DNA of 50,292 nucleotides from a virus (Duplodnaviria; Caudoviricetes): IMG/VR virus record IMGVR_UViG_3300005253_000344, positions 1 to 50,292 of that record; one strand, 5' to 3'. Shown piece by piece: positions 30,613 to 37,810 of this stretch (position 1 is its first letter; each line of letters starts with the position of its first letter). The notes under the pieces were generated by a model. It saw only the letters and a program-made list of their open reading frames with translations, ran no database searches and was not told where the DNA came from. The position numbers and the translations under genes were made by a program.

Positions 30613-30869
30613 TCAGAGATCCTCACGCTAATAGTTTTCTCCGCGAGCACAATGTACTTTTTACCATCGACTTCCAACTCATCATCATTCCAAGTTGGCA
30701 ATATCACAGTATCGCCTGGCTTGAGGGCCTTGACATCAGGGCCGACAAATCGCACTGTGCCAAACCGAGCAGCATCTCTGGAACGCTCAGGTAGGATAAT
30801 CCCGCCCGGTGTCTTACCAGATTCTTTTATGGGTTCAATTATCACATTGTCTTTTAGTGGTTCGATCAT
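30609..30869 (-). CDS. groES: Co-chaperonin GroES (Cpn10)
   Basis: IEPLKDNVII..KTPGGIILP..GTV..VGP..LKPGDTVI; start MIEPL after GAAAGG. Confidence 0.92.
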   Translation of the reverse strand: MIEPLKDNVIIEPIKESGKTPGGIILPERSRDAARFGTVRFVGPDVKALKPGDTVILPTWNDDELEVDGKKYIVLAEKTISVRISE

Positions 30870-30933
30870 ATCTGTTCCTTTCAACGTGGGAGAATTACTG
30901 TTGTTCACCTAATCTAAACTTCTTTCTACACTT

Positions 30934-31065
30934 CCTATTCTGATATATGACTGTACTGCCCTCTATGGCGAATATTCCGAAATGTGTATCAACGACATAA
31001 CAGTATGGACATGTAGCTTCGATGTATTCGATGTCGTTCCATTCTGTGCAGATCCTGAGCGTCAT
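30934..31065 (-). CDS. First late ORF, 43 aa with CPYC (possibly a frameshifted zinc ribbon)
   Basis: GAGAGG RBS then MTLRICTEWNDIEYIEATCPYC...; another frame continues QNRKCRKKFRLGEQQ. Confidence 0.45.
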
Positions 31066-31077
31066 ATAGTCCTCTCT

Positions 31078-31113
31078 ATACTACCGGAGAATTGGAACTA
31101 TTTGCAAGGTTTC
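31078..31113 (-). promoter_or_regulatory. Late-operon promoter, copy A of a 32-bp element
   Basis: Minus strand GAAACC-TTGCAA-18 bp-TAGTAT with AT-rich upstream tract; 32 bp identical to 38881-38912. Confidence 0.7.
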
Positions 31114-31412
31114 TGGAAATAAAAATATTATTTTTTTTCTGGGGCTGTGGGACTCCTATGAGGTCGCACGTTGGGACTCCTGGGCTGCTATAGACCTTCT
31201 GCCGGGATCTGACTACGTGTATGTGGACCTGTTGTTAAGTGATTATCTAACACCGGATCTGGGGTGTCGGGTTTGTATAGGAAAGGGACCCAGGGACTCC
31301 CGCACCCATAACGCAAGGGTCGGCACGGGGGGGCATCGAGAATCAGACCTGCATACCATCGACAGCAGACCAGCGTCCGATAAGAGAATCTTCACAATCT
31401 CAAAGATTATCC

Positions 31413-31441
31413 TTGCACTTGTGTCTTGTGTGTGTTATACT
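31413..31441 (+). promoter_or_regulatory. Early sigma70 promoter P1
   Basis: TTGCAC-17-TATACT. Confidence 0.75.
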
Positions 31442-31447
31442 ATACAT

Positions 31448-31525
31448 ATGAACAGACTATACAACAACATAACAGCGGTCGATATGCTCTGGCTCGTGGT
31501 CTTGGCATATCTGGCCTTGTGCTAA
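31448..31525 (+). CDS. Early hydrophobic peptide 1 (25 aa, apparently leaderless)
   Basis: MNRLYNNITAVDMLWLVVLAYLALC; ATG 7 nt after the -10 box; paralogs at 32805, 33648 and 34104. Confidence 0.7.
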   Translation: MNRLYNNITAVDMLWLVVLAYLALC

Positions 31526-31572
31526 GGGATAATAACCGTTCGTCCGTTACACGGGACGTGGAGTACCTTAAA

Positions 31573-31695
31573 ATGAAGACAATGAAACGCAATAGACTCA
31601 GACAGTTAGTATCGTGGGGGTATATCACACAACCAGAAGCGAATCAGCTATGGCGTGAGTATCTCCGAATGTTTTATCACCCAAAAAGAAAGTGA
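31573..31695 (+). CDS. 40-aa early protein (RLRQLVxWxYITQ family)
   Basis: GGAG RBS; paralogous sequence at 33128-33277. Confidence 0.65.
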   Translation: MKTMKRNRLRQLVSWGYITQPEANQLWREYLRMFYHPKRK

Positions 31696-31705
31696 GGATA
31701 AGAAA

Positions 31706-31855
31706 ATGGCAGTAACAATTATGACTAAAGGAAAACTTGACACTAAAAAACACTATTGTCAACAGTGTAAAAAAGAAATGGGCTTCGAGTATTTCCTCGG
31801 TGCTGTATGCGGAGCTTGTTGTCGCAAGAATCACAAACGAGTAGCAGGAAGATAA
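31706..31855 (+). CDS. Small zinc-finger protein
   Basis: GTGAGG RBS; CQQC..CGACC. Confidence 0.7.
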   Translation: MAVTIMTKGKLDTKKHYCQQCKKEMGFEYFLGAVCGACCRKNHKRVAGR

Positions 31856-31881
31856 TCACCCCAACACTCCACTTCACCAAT

Positions 31882-31921
31882 AGCCGACTGGTTACCCCAA
31901 TTATCAGTCGGCTGTCATTTT
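31882..31921 (+). terminator. Terminator-like hairpin
   Basis: AGCCGACTGGT..ATCAGTCGGCT then GTCATTTT. Confidence 0.6.
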
Positions 31922-32049
31922 GTCCAGACCAGATAACCACGTCCGATTATCCTTAACACGGAACAGCTCTAAAATCGCTGTGTCCTTGTGGGCGTGAATC
32001 AGGCGTGTCGGGGCTGATTGTCTTAGTCTCAGTATCATTTCTTGAAAAT

Positions 32050-32510
32050 ATATACCTTTAGTAGTACACCTTTAGGTATATACCTTTAGTGGCAGTCTAG
32101 GTAGATTGTAGATGTACCTAGACACAAAACTCCATTATCAGGCCAATAATAGCTATGTGTCTAGGATGGTCTAGGTAGATTAGGCATACCTAGACGGCAA
32201 TAAACTCTTGCCTAGTATAGACTTACAAGCGAAAACACTGAATGTGTCTAGGTACACGAGATAAAACTCTTATATACATATATTACTATCTACTATCTAC
32301 TATACCCTATTGGTCTATACTCTTATATATTACTAAGGAAGTTTTAACACACTACCTAGACACAATAGACCAAAACAACCATAACACCAGTATCATAAAC
32401 AGTTTATCCGTGTCTAGGTACAAACAAGTTACCTAGACCATCATAGACACAACAGCCATATTGAACCAATACCGCAGATGCTGTGTCTAGGATGGTCTAG
32501 GTAGAATTTT
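32050..32510. repeat. Iteron array around an AT-rich core; candidate replication origin
   Basis: About 11 GTCTAGG/CCTAGAC copies in both orientations, three ACCTTTAG copies, AT-rich core at ~32265-32335. Confidence 0.75.
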
Positions 32511-32531
32511 CACCGATTGTCAAGATTTAAT

Positions 32532-32560
32532 TTGCATTGTCAACCAAAATAGTGTATACT
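32532..32560 (+). promoter_or_regulatory. Early sigma70 promoter P2
   Basis: TTGCAT-17-TATACT. Confidence 0.7.
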
Positions 32561-32595
32561 TTACATAGTTAAATCAAACGCTATTTGACAAATAA

Positions 32596-32808
32596 ATGGG
32601 AGAGATTAAGATGATAACAAAAAGCATTATTGCAGTTAAATACACAACAGACGGAGTATATCTATCAGCTAAAACAGACAAGGGTGATTATGGTCAACAT
32701 TACAATACATTTGACAAAACAAAATCGTCTTTTATGCCGGACACTGATACAGCAATAGAACGGTTTGTGGCGTTTTATAATCAGTTTGAAAGGGGGACAG
32801 TACAATGA
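32596..32808 (+). CDS. Early hypothetical protein
   Basis: ORF after P2; true start probably 32611 (GGGAG RBS). Confidence 0.6.
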   Translation: MGEIKMITKSIIAVKYTTDGVYLSAKTDKGDYGQHYNTFDKTKSSFMPDTDTAIERFVAFYNQFERGTVQ

Positions 32809-32888
32809 TAAGACGAATATGTGATAGTATCGGGTTTGAGTATAGTATCGTAGTGTTAATCGTTTGGGCTTATCTGAGTTTATGTTAA
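32805..32888 (+). CDS. Early hydrophobic peptide 2 (27 aa)
   Basis: MIRRICDSIGFEYSIVVLIVWAYLSLC; AGGGGG RBS; ATGA overlap. Confidence 0.7.
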   Translation: MIRRICDSIGFEYSIVVLIVWAYLSLC

Positions 32889-32899
32889 GGAGATATGAT

Positions 32900-33073
32900 A
32901 TGGAAAGCATAACAATCAATCAATCGCATTTAACGTCTGAGTGTTGGCTTGTGCAATTCTGGGGCTTTAAGCAATGCGAAACTTGTGAAGCCAAAGATAC
33001 GCCTGATTGTGGTGGACAGAAAATCAGACAATCAGGCAAAAATGAAAATGGATTTTCAATACCAGTAAAATAA
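32900..33073 (+). CDS. Small Cys-containing early protein
   Basis: AAGGAG RBS; ECW..CETC..DCGG. Confidence 0.7.
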   Translation: MESITINQSHLTSECWLVQFWGFKQCETCEAKDTPDCGGQKIRQSGKNENGFSIPVK

Positions 33074-33127
33074 CCAGACCAGCAGCCAGTCCGGTGCAAG
33101 GCCGGACACTGGTTTTATGAGAAAACA

Positions 33128-33277
33128 GTGGGACACGAGCAGGACTGTTGTCCGGCGTGTTGTAAACGAATAGACAGACTGCGACAACTTGTGGTCTGGC
33201 AATACATAACACAACTACAGGCCAACAATATGTATCGTGAGTATTTGAGAATGTTCAAGAGAGTCAATAGAGTTTAA
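33128..33277 (+). CDS. Second RLRQLVxWxYITQ-family peptide (start uncertain, possibly decayed)
   Basis: KRIDRLRQLVVWQYITQLQANNMYREYLRMF matches the 31573 product. Confidence 0.5.
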   Translation: MGHEQDCCPACCKRIDRLRQLVVWQYITQLQANNMYREYLRMFKRVNRV

Positions 33278-33280
33278 TTT

Positions 33281-33592
33281 ATGAGAGGATATGATATGGT
33301 AAATCAAGAAATGACAAGCGAGCGAGAAAAACAAATAGATTGTAGCTGTCCAGCTTGTGGATGTTCAGACTTTGACGGTTATTGTAGCGACTGCAAGCAC
33401 ACAGCAGAACAAGGGAAAAACTTTTACACTGATGAGCCAGTGGTGCTGAAAAAAGGGATAACAACAGCACAACAAGAAGAACTAAATGAATTGTTGGCCG
33501 AAGATATTCTGGAACGATATAACAATTCTGAGTATTGGGAACCTGATTTAATTACAGAGTTTTATCACGATAATAATATCAAACAAGATTAA
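33281..33592 (+). CDS. Early zinc-finger protein
   Basis: CPACGC..YCSDC; acidic C-terminus. Confidence 0.7.
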   Translation: MRGYDMVNQEMTSEREKQIDCSCPACGCSDFDGYCSDCKHTAEQGKNFYTDEPVVLKKGITTAQQEELNELLAEDILERYNNSEYWEPDLITEFYHDNNIKQD

Positions 33593-33647
33593 ACTTCGCA
33601 ACCGATGGCCGTCAAGGATAGCCGGACGGATAATACGGCCAAAGGTT

Positions 33648-33725
33648 ATGCAGTTTATCTTTAACAATATATCGGCAAGTGATATGCTATTGCTCGTAGT
33701 GATGGTATATGCTTGCCTATGCTGA
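33648..33725 (+). CDS. Early hydrophobic peptide 3 (25 aa)
   Basis: MQFIFNNISASDMLLLVVMVYACLC; gap-free alignment with peptide 1. Confidence 0.7.
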   Translation: MQFIFNNISASDMLLLVVMVYACLC

Positions 33726-33740
33726 AAGTGAGGTTGTGAT

Positions 33741-33908
33741 ATGCAGTTAAATGAAAACGAAAAAATTGAAAGCTGGGTTATTGTAGTGAGAACATCAGAC
33801 GGTAGAGAATTGAGCTTTACTGAATTAGGTCTTGAAATTTATTATAATATTTCAAAACCTATTGACGAAACACTCGAAGCTCTGTATCCCTGCGAATGGG
33901 TAGGCTAA
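33741..33908 (+). CDS. 55-aa early hypothetical protein (not in ORF track)
   Basis: GTGAGGT RBS; MQLNENEKIESWVIVV... Confidence 0.65.
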   Translation: MQLNENEKIESWVIVVRTSDGRELSFTELGLEIYYNISKPIDETLEALYPCEWVG

Positions 33909-33930
33909 TCATACACACACCACACACCAC

Positions 33931-33969
33931 AAGCCGGGCGGTACTCCCAAGCTGTCCGGCTTTGTTTTT
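33931..33969 (+). terminator. Intrinsic terminator
   Basis: AAGCCGGGCGG..CTGTCCGGCTT followed by TGTTTTT. Confidence 0.75.
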
Positions 33970-34067
33970 GTGGGTGATATTGGTAGCGTTGGCAAGCGTT
34001 AGTCCATTACAGAGGACGTGAGGGCTTCGATATTTTCAGATTTATTGGATTTTAGGTGATTTTGGGC

Positions 34068-34096
34068 TTGACACGATATATTGGTTATGGTATAAT
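34068..34096 (+). promoter_or_regulatory. Consensus sigma70 promoter P3 (extended -10)
   Basis: TTGACA-17-TATAAT with TG at -15/-14. Confidence 0.9.
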
Positions 34097-34103
34097 AGCT
34101 ATT

Positions 34104-34175
34104 ATGAAGATATGGTATTTAACAGTATTAGTTTACATTACGTTAATTTTCACTGGTTTTAATCGGAGGATGTAA
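34104..34175 (+). CDS. Early hydrophobic peptide 4 (23 aa, apparently leaderless)
   Basis: MKIWYLTVLVYITLIFTGFNRRM; ATG 8 nt after the -10 box. Confidence 0.55.
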   Translation: MKIWYLTVLVYITLIFTGFNRRM

Positions 34176-34176
34176 A

Positions 34177-34605
34177 ATGGGACGAAGCGTAGAAACGATT
34201 GGCAGGAACGTGATATACTTTGATTTTAGTTATGGCAGCGAAAACGATTACGAAGATTTAGCAACAGAAGATTGGCAGGATTTGCAGGATAATATTATTT
34301 GTGCCATAACGTCAAAGTATAAATCTTTTATCAGCACACCGAATCAATGGGCGGAATATCCGTATCGGGAAAATCGCATATTACTTGAAAATGACCACGT
34401 TCAAATCAGCATATCAGAATATTGCGGATGCGGGGCGGTATCGGTATTTGTGCGGGACGATATGGAATATCCTGAATTGGCCGAACATTGGCTGAATCAA
34501 GTCTGGGACAGATTATCGGGATTGATTAGTCAGTATGTATCAGTATTACATAAAGTCGGTACATTTAGCAATGGTATTAGTGTATATGAGAAAGCAGGTA
34601 AGTAA
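34177..34605 (+). CDS. Early hypothetical protein
   Basis: GGAGG RBS; 142 aa ending GTFSNG. Confidence 0.75.
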   Translation: MGRSVETIGRNVIYFDFSYGSENDYEDLATEDWQDLQDNIICAITSKYKSFISTPNQWAEYPYRENRILLENDHVQISISEYCGCGAVSVFVRDDMEYPELAEHWLNQVWDRLSGLISQYVSVLHKVGTFSNGISVYEKAGK

Positions 34606-34796
34606 TGATAACGAAAAAAGACTCCAAGGCGATTGCGGAAATTATCAAGGCAGGTGTAGATATGACTATTATACACTCAACGACTGAGCCGAACACTACG
34701 ATTAAAAGTAATATAGCTAAAAAACTTGCCGACTACTTCGAGCAGGAAAATCCAAACTTCGACTGTGAACAATTTATGGGGGCTTGTGGATTATGA
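34605..34796 (+). CDS. Early small protein (ENPNFD..F..AC type)
   Basis: TAATG coupling; common phage motif. Confidence 0.7.
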   Translation: MITKKDSKAIAEIIKAGVDMTIIHSTTEPNTTIKSNIAKKLADYFEQENPNFDCEQFMGACGL

Positions 34797-35347
34797 AAAC
34801 AAATATATTAGTTCAATATCAAGGTGGTGGTTATGATGGTTGTATTTGGGAGTGGAACTATTTTTACATAGACAAGCAGGGAACGTTCCACGATATACAA
34901 TCGTCTGGTTGTCGCGGTATTGATAATTTGCCGGACGCGATTGAGCTTATTGAGCAGGACGAAAGCGGAACGTTTGTCTATGATATGAGCAAAGATGAAG
35001 ATATAACAGCGTTTTGTAAAGAATCACATCCTGTTCACGTTCTCGGCGTTTTGCGATGGTTTGAAAATGACTACAATGAATTAGGCGTGCAGTTTTTCGC
35101 GGTATGTTCGGCGTGTGGCGGTCAAAATTCAGATGCAGATGATATGATTGTAGAGGGTGATATACTGTTAGACTACGAATGTTATTCGTTAGGACAGTGT
35201 CCCTCTTGTGAGCAATACGTAGGCGATGATGAACTCGAACCTGTTAATCGAAATGAACATCACGACTTCGATTATATCTGCTCTGATTGTAAAGAATACC
35301 ACGATGAAGAACGCGAAGCGGAATCACTTGAGGACTTGCGTTGGTAG
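34793..35347 (+). CDS. Acidic multi-CxxC early protein
   Basis: CSAC, CPSC and CSDC; the frame stays open for 22 codons past the TAG. Confidence 0.7.
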   Translation: MKTNILVQYQGGGYDGCIWEWNYFYIDKQGTFHDIQSSGCRGIDNLPDAIELIEQDESGTFVYDMSKDEDITAFCKESHPVHVLGVLRWFENDYNELGVQFFAVCSACGGQNSDADDMIVEGDILLDYECYSLGQCPSCEQYVGDDELEPVNRNEHHDFDYICSDCKEYHDEEREAESLEDLRW

Positions 35348-35426
35348 TCGTTCTGCACAGGTAAGCCGGATATATTTGACTTGGAATCAGTCGAACCGGA
35401 AATGAATATAGTATAATGAGGACACA

Positions 35427-35600
35427 ATGAGACAATACCAACCAAACGAGTACGCAATACTATCGGCACGACTAACAGAGCAGGAAATGACCTGTATTGA
35501 ACACTGCCAAGTCCACAGCGATTGTGCAGCCGATGGTGAGTGTCCATTGCAGGAACGGGTTACTGATATTATTGCTAAGGAAAGTGAGGTGGTGGGATGA
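35427..35600 (+). CDS. 57-aa Cys-containing protein (not in ORF track)
   Basis: GAGG RBS; MRQYQPNEYAIL..CIEHC..DC..ECPL. Confidence 0.6.
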   Translation: MRQYQPNEYAILSARLTEQEMTCIEHCQVHSDCAADGECPLQERVTDIIAKESEVVG

Positions 35601-35845
35601 ATGAACCAATACAAAACGAATGGCAAAGTGGGCAGAGAAGTATAACCTGCTATGAACGGGAAATCGCAGAGTTAAAACAACAACGAAATGATTTGTTGAG
35701 TGTATGTAAGAATTTTGTGGAAATGGCAAAATGGGATAAAAAAGAGTTTGCATATATAGTATCGGATTTTTGTCATTCACAAATCAAAAAAGTCATAACC
35801 AGAGCAGAATCACAACAGGCTGATGAGCCGGAAAGGACGGGGTGA
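35597..35845 (+). CDS. Early hypothetical protein
   Basis: GAGGTGG RBS; DLLSVCK...ITRAE. Confidence 0.65.
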   Translation: MNEPIQNEWQSGQRSITCYEREIAELKQQRNDLLSVCKNFVEMAKWDKKEFAYIVSDFCHSQIKKVITRAESQQADEPERTG

Positions 35846-35848
35846 GAT

Positions 35849-36028
35849 ATGAACGAAAATAAAGACAGAATTATGCACAGAGGTGTTGACATTGTAGCAA
35901 GTGGATATGAATGGACATGCCCGAATTGCGGGGAACTTAACAAAGAATATGAATATCGTAAAGATTATTTTTGTAGCTCTTGTGGTAATCATATTGAAAC
36001 TGCTCCGCCGGGGCATGCAATGAGTTAA
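35849..36028 (+). CDS. 59-aa zinc-ribbon protein (not in ORF track)
   Basis: GGGGTG RBS; WTCPNCG..FCSSCG. Confidence 0.7.
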   Translation: MNENKDRIMHRGVDIVASGYEWTCPNCGELNKEYEYRKDYFCSSCGNHIETAPPGHAMS

Positions 36029-36066
36029 ACAGCACCATCACAGGTGCGGAAAGATGAGGTAACAGA

Positions 36067-36285
36067 ATGAAAGCAGAACGAACAATACCGAAGCAGGAGT
36101 TTGTACCAGTGATAGTAACGCTGGAAAGTCAAGAAGAAGTGGATTCTTTTTTCGCAATAAGTAATAGCACAATAATGTGTGGTGCTTTTCCTGCATTAGA
36201 TAAATTATTCAATATCCTTCTAGATTTTAATAGTGACCAATCTAATATTTTAGACGATAGACTTCGCCGCATATTGAAATCCTAA
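36067..36285 (+). CDS. Early hypothetical protein
   Basis: GAGGT RBS; FVPVIVTLESQEE. Confidence 0.7.
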   Translation: MKAERTIPKQEFVPVIVTLESQEEVDSFFAISNSTIMCGAFPALDKLFNILLDFNSDQSNILDDRLRRILKS

Positions 36286-36350
36286 ACCTACAAGCGATGG
36301 CCGTCTGCAACGTCCGGCTCAGGCTCGGCACTACCGGACGGCCAGAGGTT

Positions 36351-36689
36351 ATGAGTTTAGTATATAGAATCCAGAGCAAGCAGGACAGGACGCGTGGTGC
36401 GTATCGAAGTCACGTATATGGTGATGATTTGCCGGACATAGTACACCGAATGAGAAATACTCATCACGATTATCAGTGTGGTGGTAAACATCCTACACCG
36501 TTAGCCGATACTAAACGTTATATATATAAACATGAATTTTGCGGTTTTAACTCAGCAGCAGACCTGCTCCGTTGGTTCAAGGGCTTCATCCCCGATTTGC
36601 TTCGAGCCGGATATGAGATTGTCGCATTGCGTGATGTGACGGTAACAGCCGTTGGAGAATTTCAGGTATTATTTACATTTAATACTTGA
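36351..36689 (+). CDS. Early hypothetical protein (VYRI..GAY..HPTP..FCGF..L.RWF type)
   Basis: Likely start MSLVYR after GAGG; the upstream in-frame extension is a structured RNA element. Confidence 0.7.
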   Translation: MSLVYRIQSKQDRTRGAYRSHVYGDDLPDIVHRMRNTHHDYQCGGKHPTPLADTKRYIYKHEFCGFNSAADLLRWFKGFIPDLLRAGYEIVALRDVTVTAVGEFQVLFTFNT

Positions 36690-36714
36690 CAAGCCGATTC
36701 GATTATGGTATAAT
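36686..36714 (+). promoter_or_regulatory. Consensus sigma70 promoter P4 (extended -10)
   Basis: TTGACA-17-TATAAT; shares TTATGGTATAAT with P3. Confidence 0.9.
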
Positions 36715-36740
36715 TAAGACAATGAAAGTGAGGTGAACTG

Positions 36741-37118
36741 ATGGGAATTATTAGTGAACAAGTAAAGCAGGCGTTTGACAATTACCGACAGGACGGCGAT
36801 TTGCAAAAGTTCGCAATGAAACTGGTATGCGATGCAGATGATAGTGTACGATTCGGATGGCAAATGGGATACGTATGTGATGCTATTCGTGAACATTGTC
36901 CCAAACCATCATTTGAGTGTGTATTCTATAATGGTGAAAATGGTAACTATCACCTGTTCGATTTCGACCCGAACCTGATTAGCAGAAAATCATTGCTGAT
37001 AGAAGTGCGAAGTCATTTGCGACATGAGTGTCACATTGACCCTGATGGTATAGACAAGGCGATGCAAAGCGTGTATCTACTTAGCATAAATACATTAGTA
37101 AAGGTGGTGACAGAATGA
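36741..37118 (+). CDS. Early hypothetical protein
   Basis: GAGGTGA RBS. Confidence 0.7.
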   Translation: MGIISEQVKQAFDNYRQDGDLQKFAMKLVCDADDSVRFGWQMGYVCDAIREHCPKPSFECVFYNGENGNYHLFDFDPNLISRKSLLIEVRSHLRHECHIDPDGIDKAMQSVYLLSINTLVKVVTE

Positions 37119-37282
37119 AAGTTAAAGTACAGATAACAGAAACATTACAACGGAGCATTAAAGTAGAAGCCAAAGACGAACAAGATGCTCTTGATTATGT
37201 AAAACAGCAGTATGTTGACGAGCGAATTGTGCTCGATTCAAATGATTGTACCGATGATACAGAATTTGAGGTGGTGACATGA
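37115..37282 (+). CDS. DpnD/PcfM-like small protein (not in ORF track)
   Basis: MKVKVQITETLQRSIKVEAKDEQDALDYVKQQYVDERIVLDSND. Confidence 0.75.
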   Translation: MKVKVQITETLQRSIKVEAKDEQDALDYVKQQYVDERIVLDSNDCTDDTEFEVVT

Positions 37283-37437
37283 AACCCGAACTAATATGCA
37301 CCTGCGGCAGAAAGTTGGAATTAGAAGAACTGGCAGGTAATGACTTCGATGATTATGCTGCTCGGTGTGAATGTGGTATGGCTTGGCAAGTACGTGACGT
37401 TTCAGAAGAACTTGATGAAAGAGAGGACGAAACATGA
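37279..37437 (+). CDS. 52-aa zinc-ribbon protein (not in ORF track)
   Basis: ICTCG...RCECG; ATGA coupling. Confidence 0.7.
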   Translation: MKPELICTCGRKLELEELAGNDFDDYAARCECGMAWQVRDVSEELDEREDET

Positions 37438-37619
37438 AACAACTAACAGACACAAAACGATTAAAAGTGGCGATGAGCATACTTAGTGAATGGCAAGTCG
37501 ATGAGTATGCAGAACGATGCAGGATACTCGAACTCAACTGCGAGCGTAAATGTGGTGATTGTTGTTTATCTGAATATGGCCGCAGAGCAATAAACTGCCC
37601 ATATCTGGATGTGATATGA
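37434..37619 (+). CDS. Small Cys-rich protein
   Basis: Coupled ORF; NCERKCGDCC..CP. Confidence 0.6.
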   Translation: MKQLTDTKRLKVAMSILSEWQVDEYAERCRILELNCERKCGDCCLSEYGRRAINCPYLDVI

Positions 37620-37801
37620 CCAGAGCAAAGAAAAACCCTAAACTTGAAAAACCGATACCGGACATCGCACAGAGTTTCGCAGACCGATTCATTGCTTCGT
37701 ATGGTATCACTGATGCGGAACAGATAGCGAAGCTGGTGTATGAGAAAGTGGTGGCTTCCCGTAAGGGGCTTGAACGTAAATATGGTAAGGATAGAAAGTA
37801 G
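37616..37801 (+). CDS. Hypothetical protein
   Basis: Coupled ORF. Confidence 0.6.
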   Translation: MTRAKKNPKLEKPIPDIAQSFADRFIASYGITDAEQIAKLVYEKVVASRKGLERKYGKDRK

Positions 37802-37810
37802 AGGTGATAT

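Noticed and set aside
5771-30912. Many + strand ORFs across the late operon and - strand ORFs across the early and middle blocks
   Set aside because: Antisense or alternate-frame shadows of well-supported genes, with no RBS or motifs
31217-31447. N-terminal part of track ORF 31217-31525
   Set aside because: Spans the GC-rich gap and promoter P1; only the last 25 codons have paralog support
32242-32436. 64-aa ORF inside the iteron array
   Set aside because: Composed of repeats and the AT-rich core, with no RBS
32050-32510. CRISPR array
   Set aside because: Repeats are 7-23 bp, irregularly spaced and in both orientations; no repeat-spacer periodicity and no cas operon
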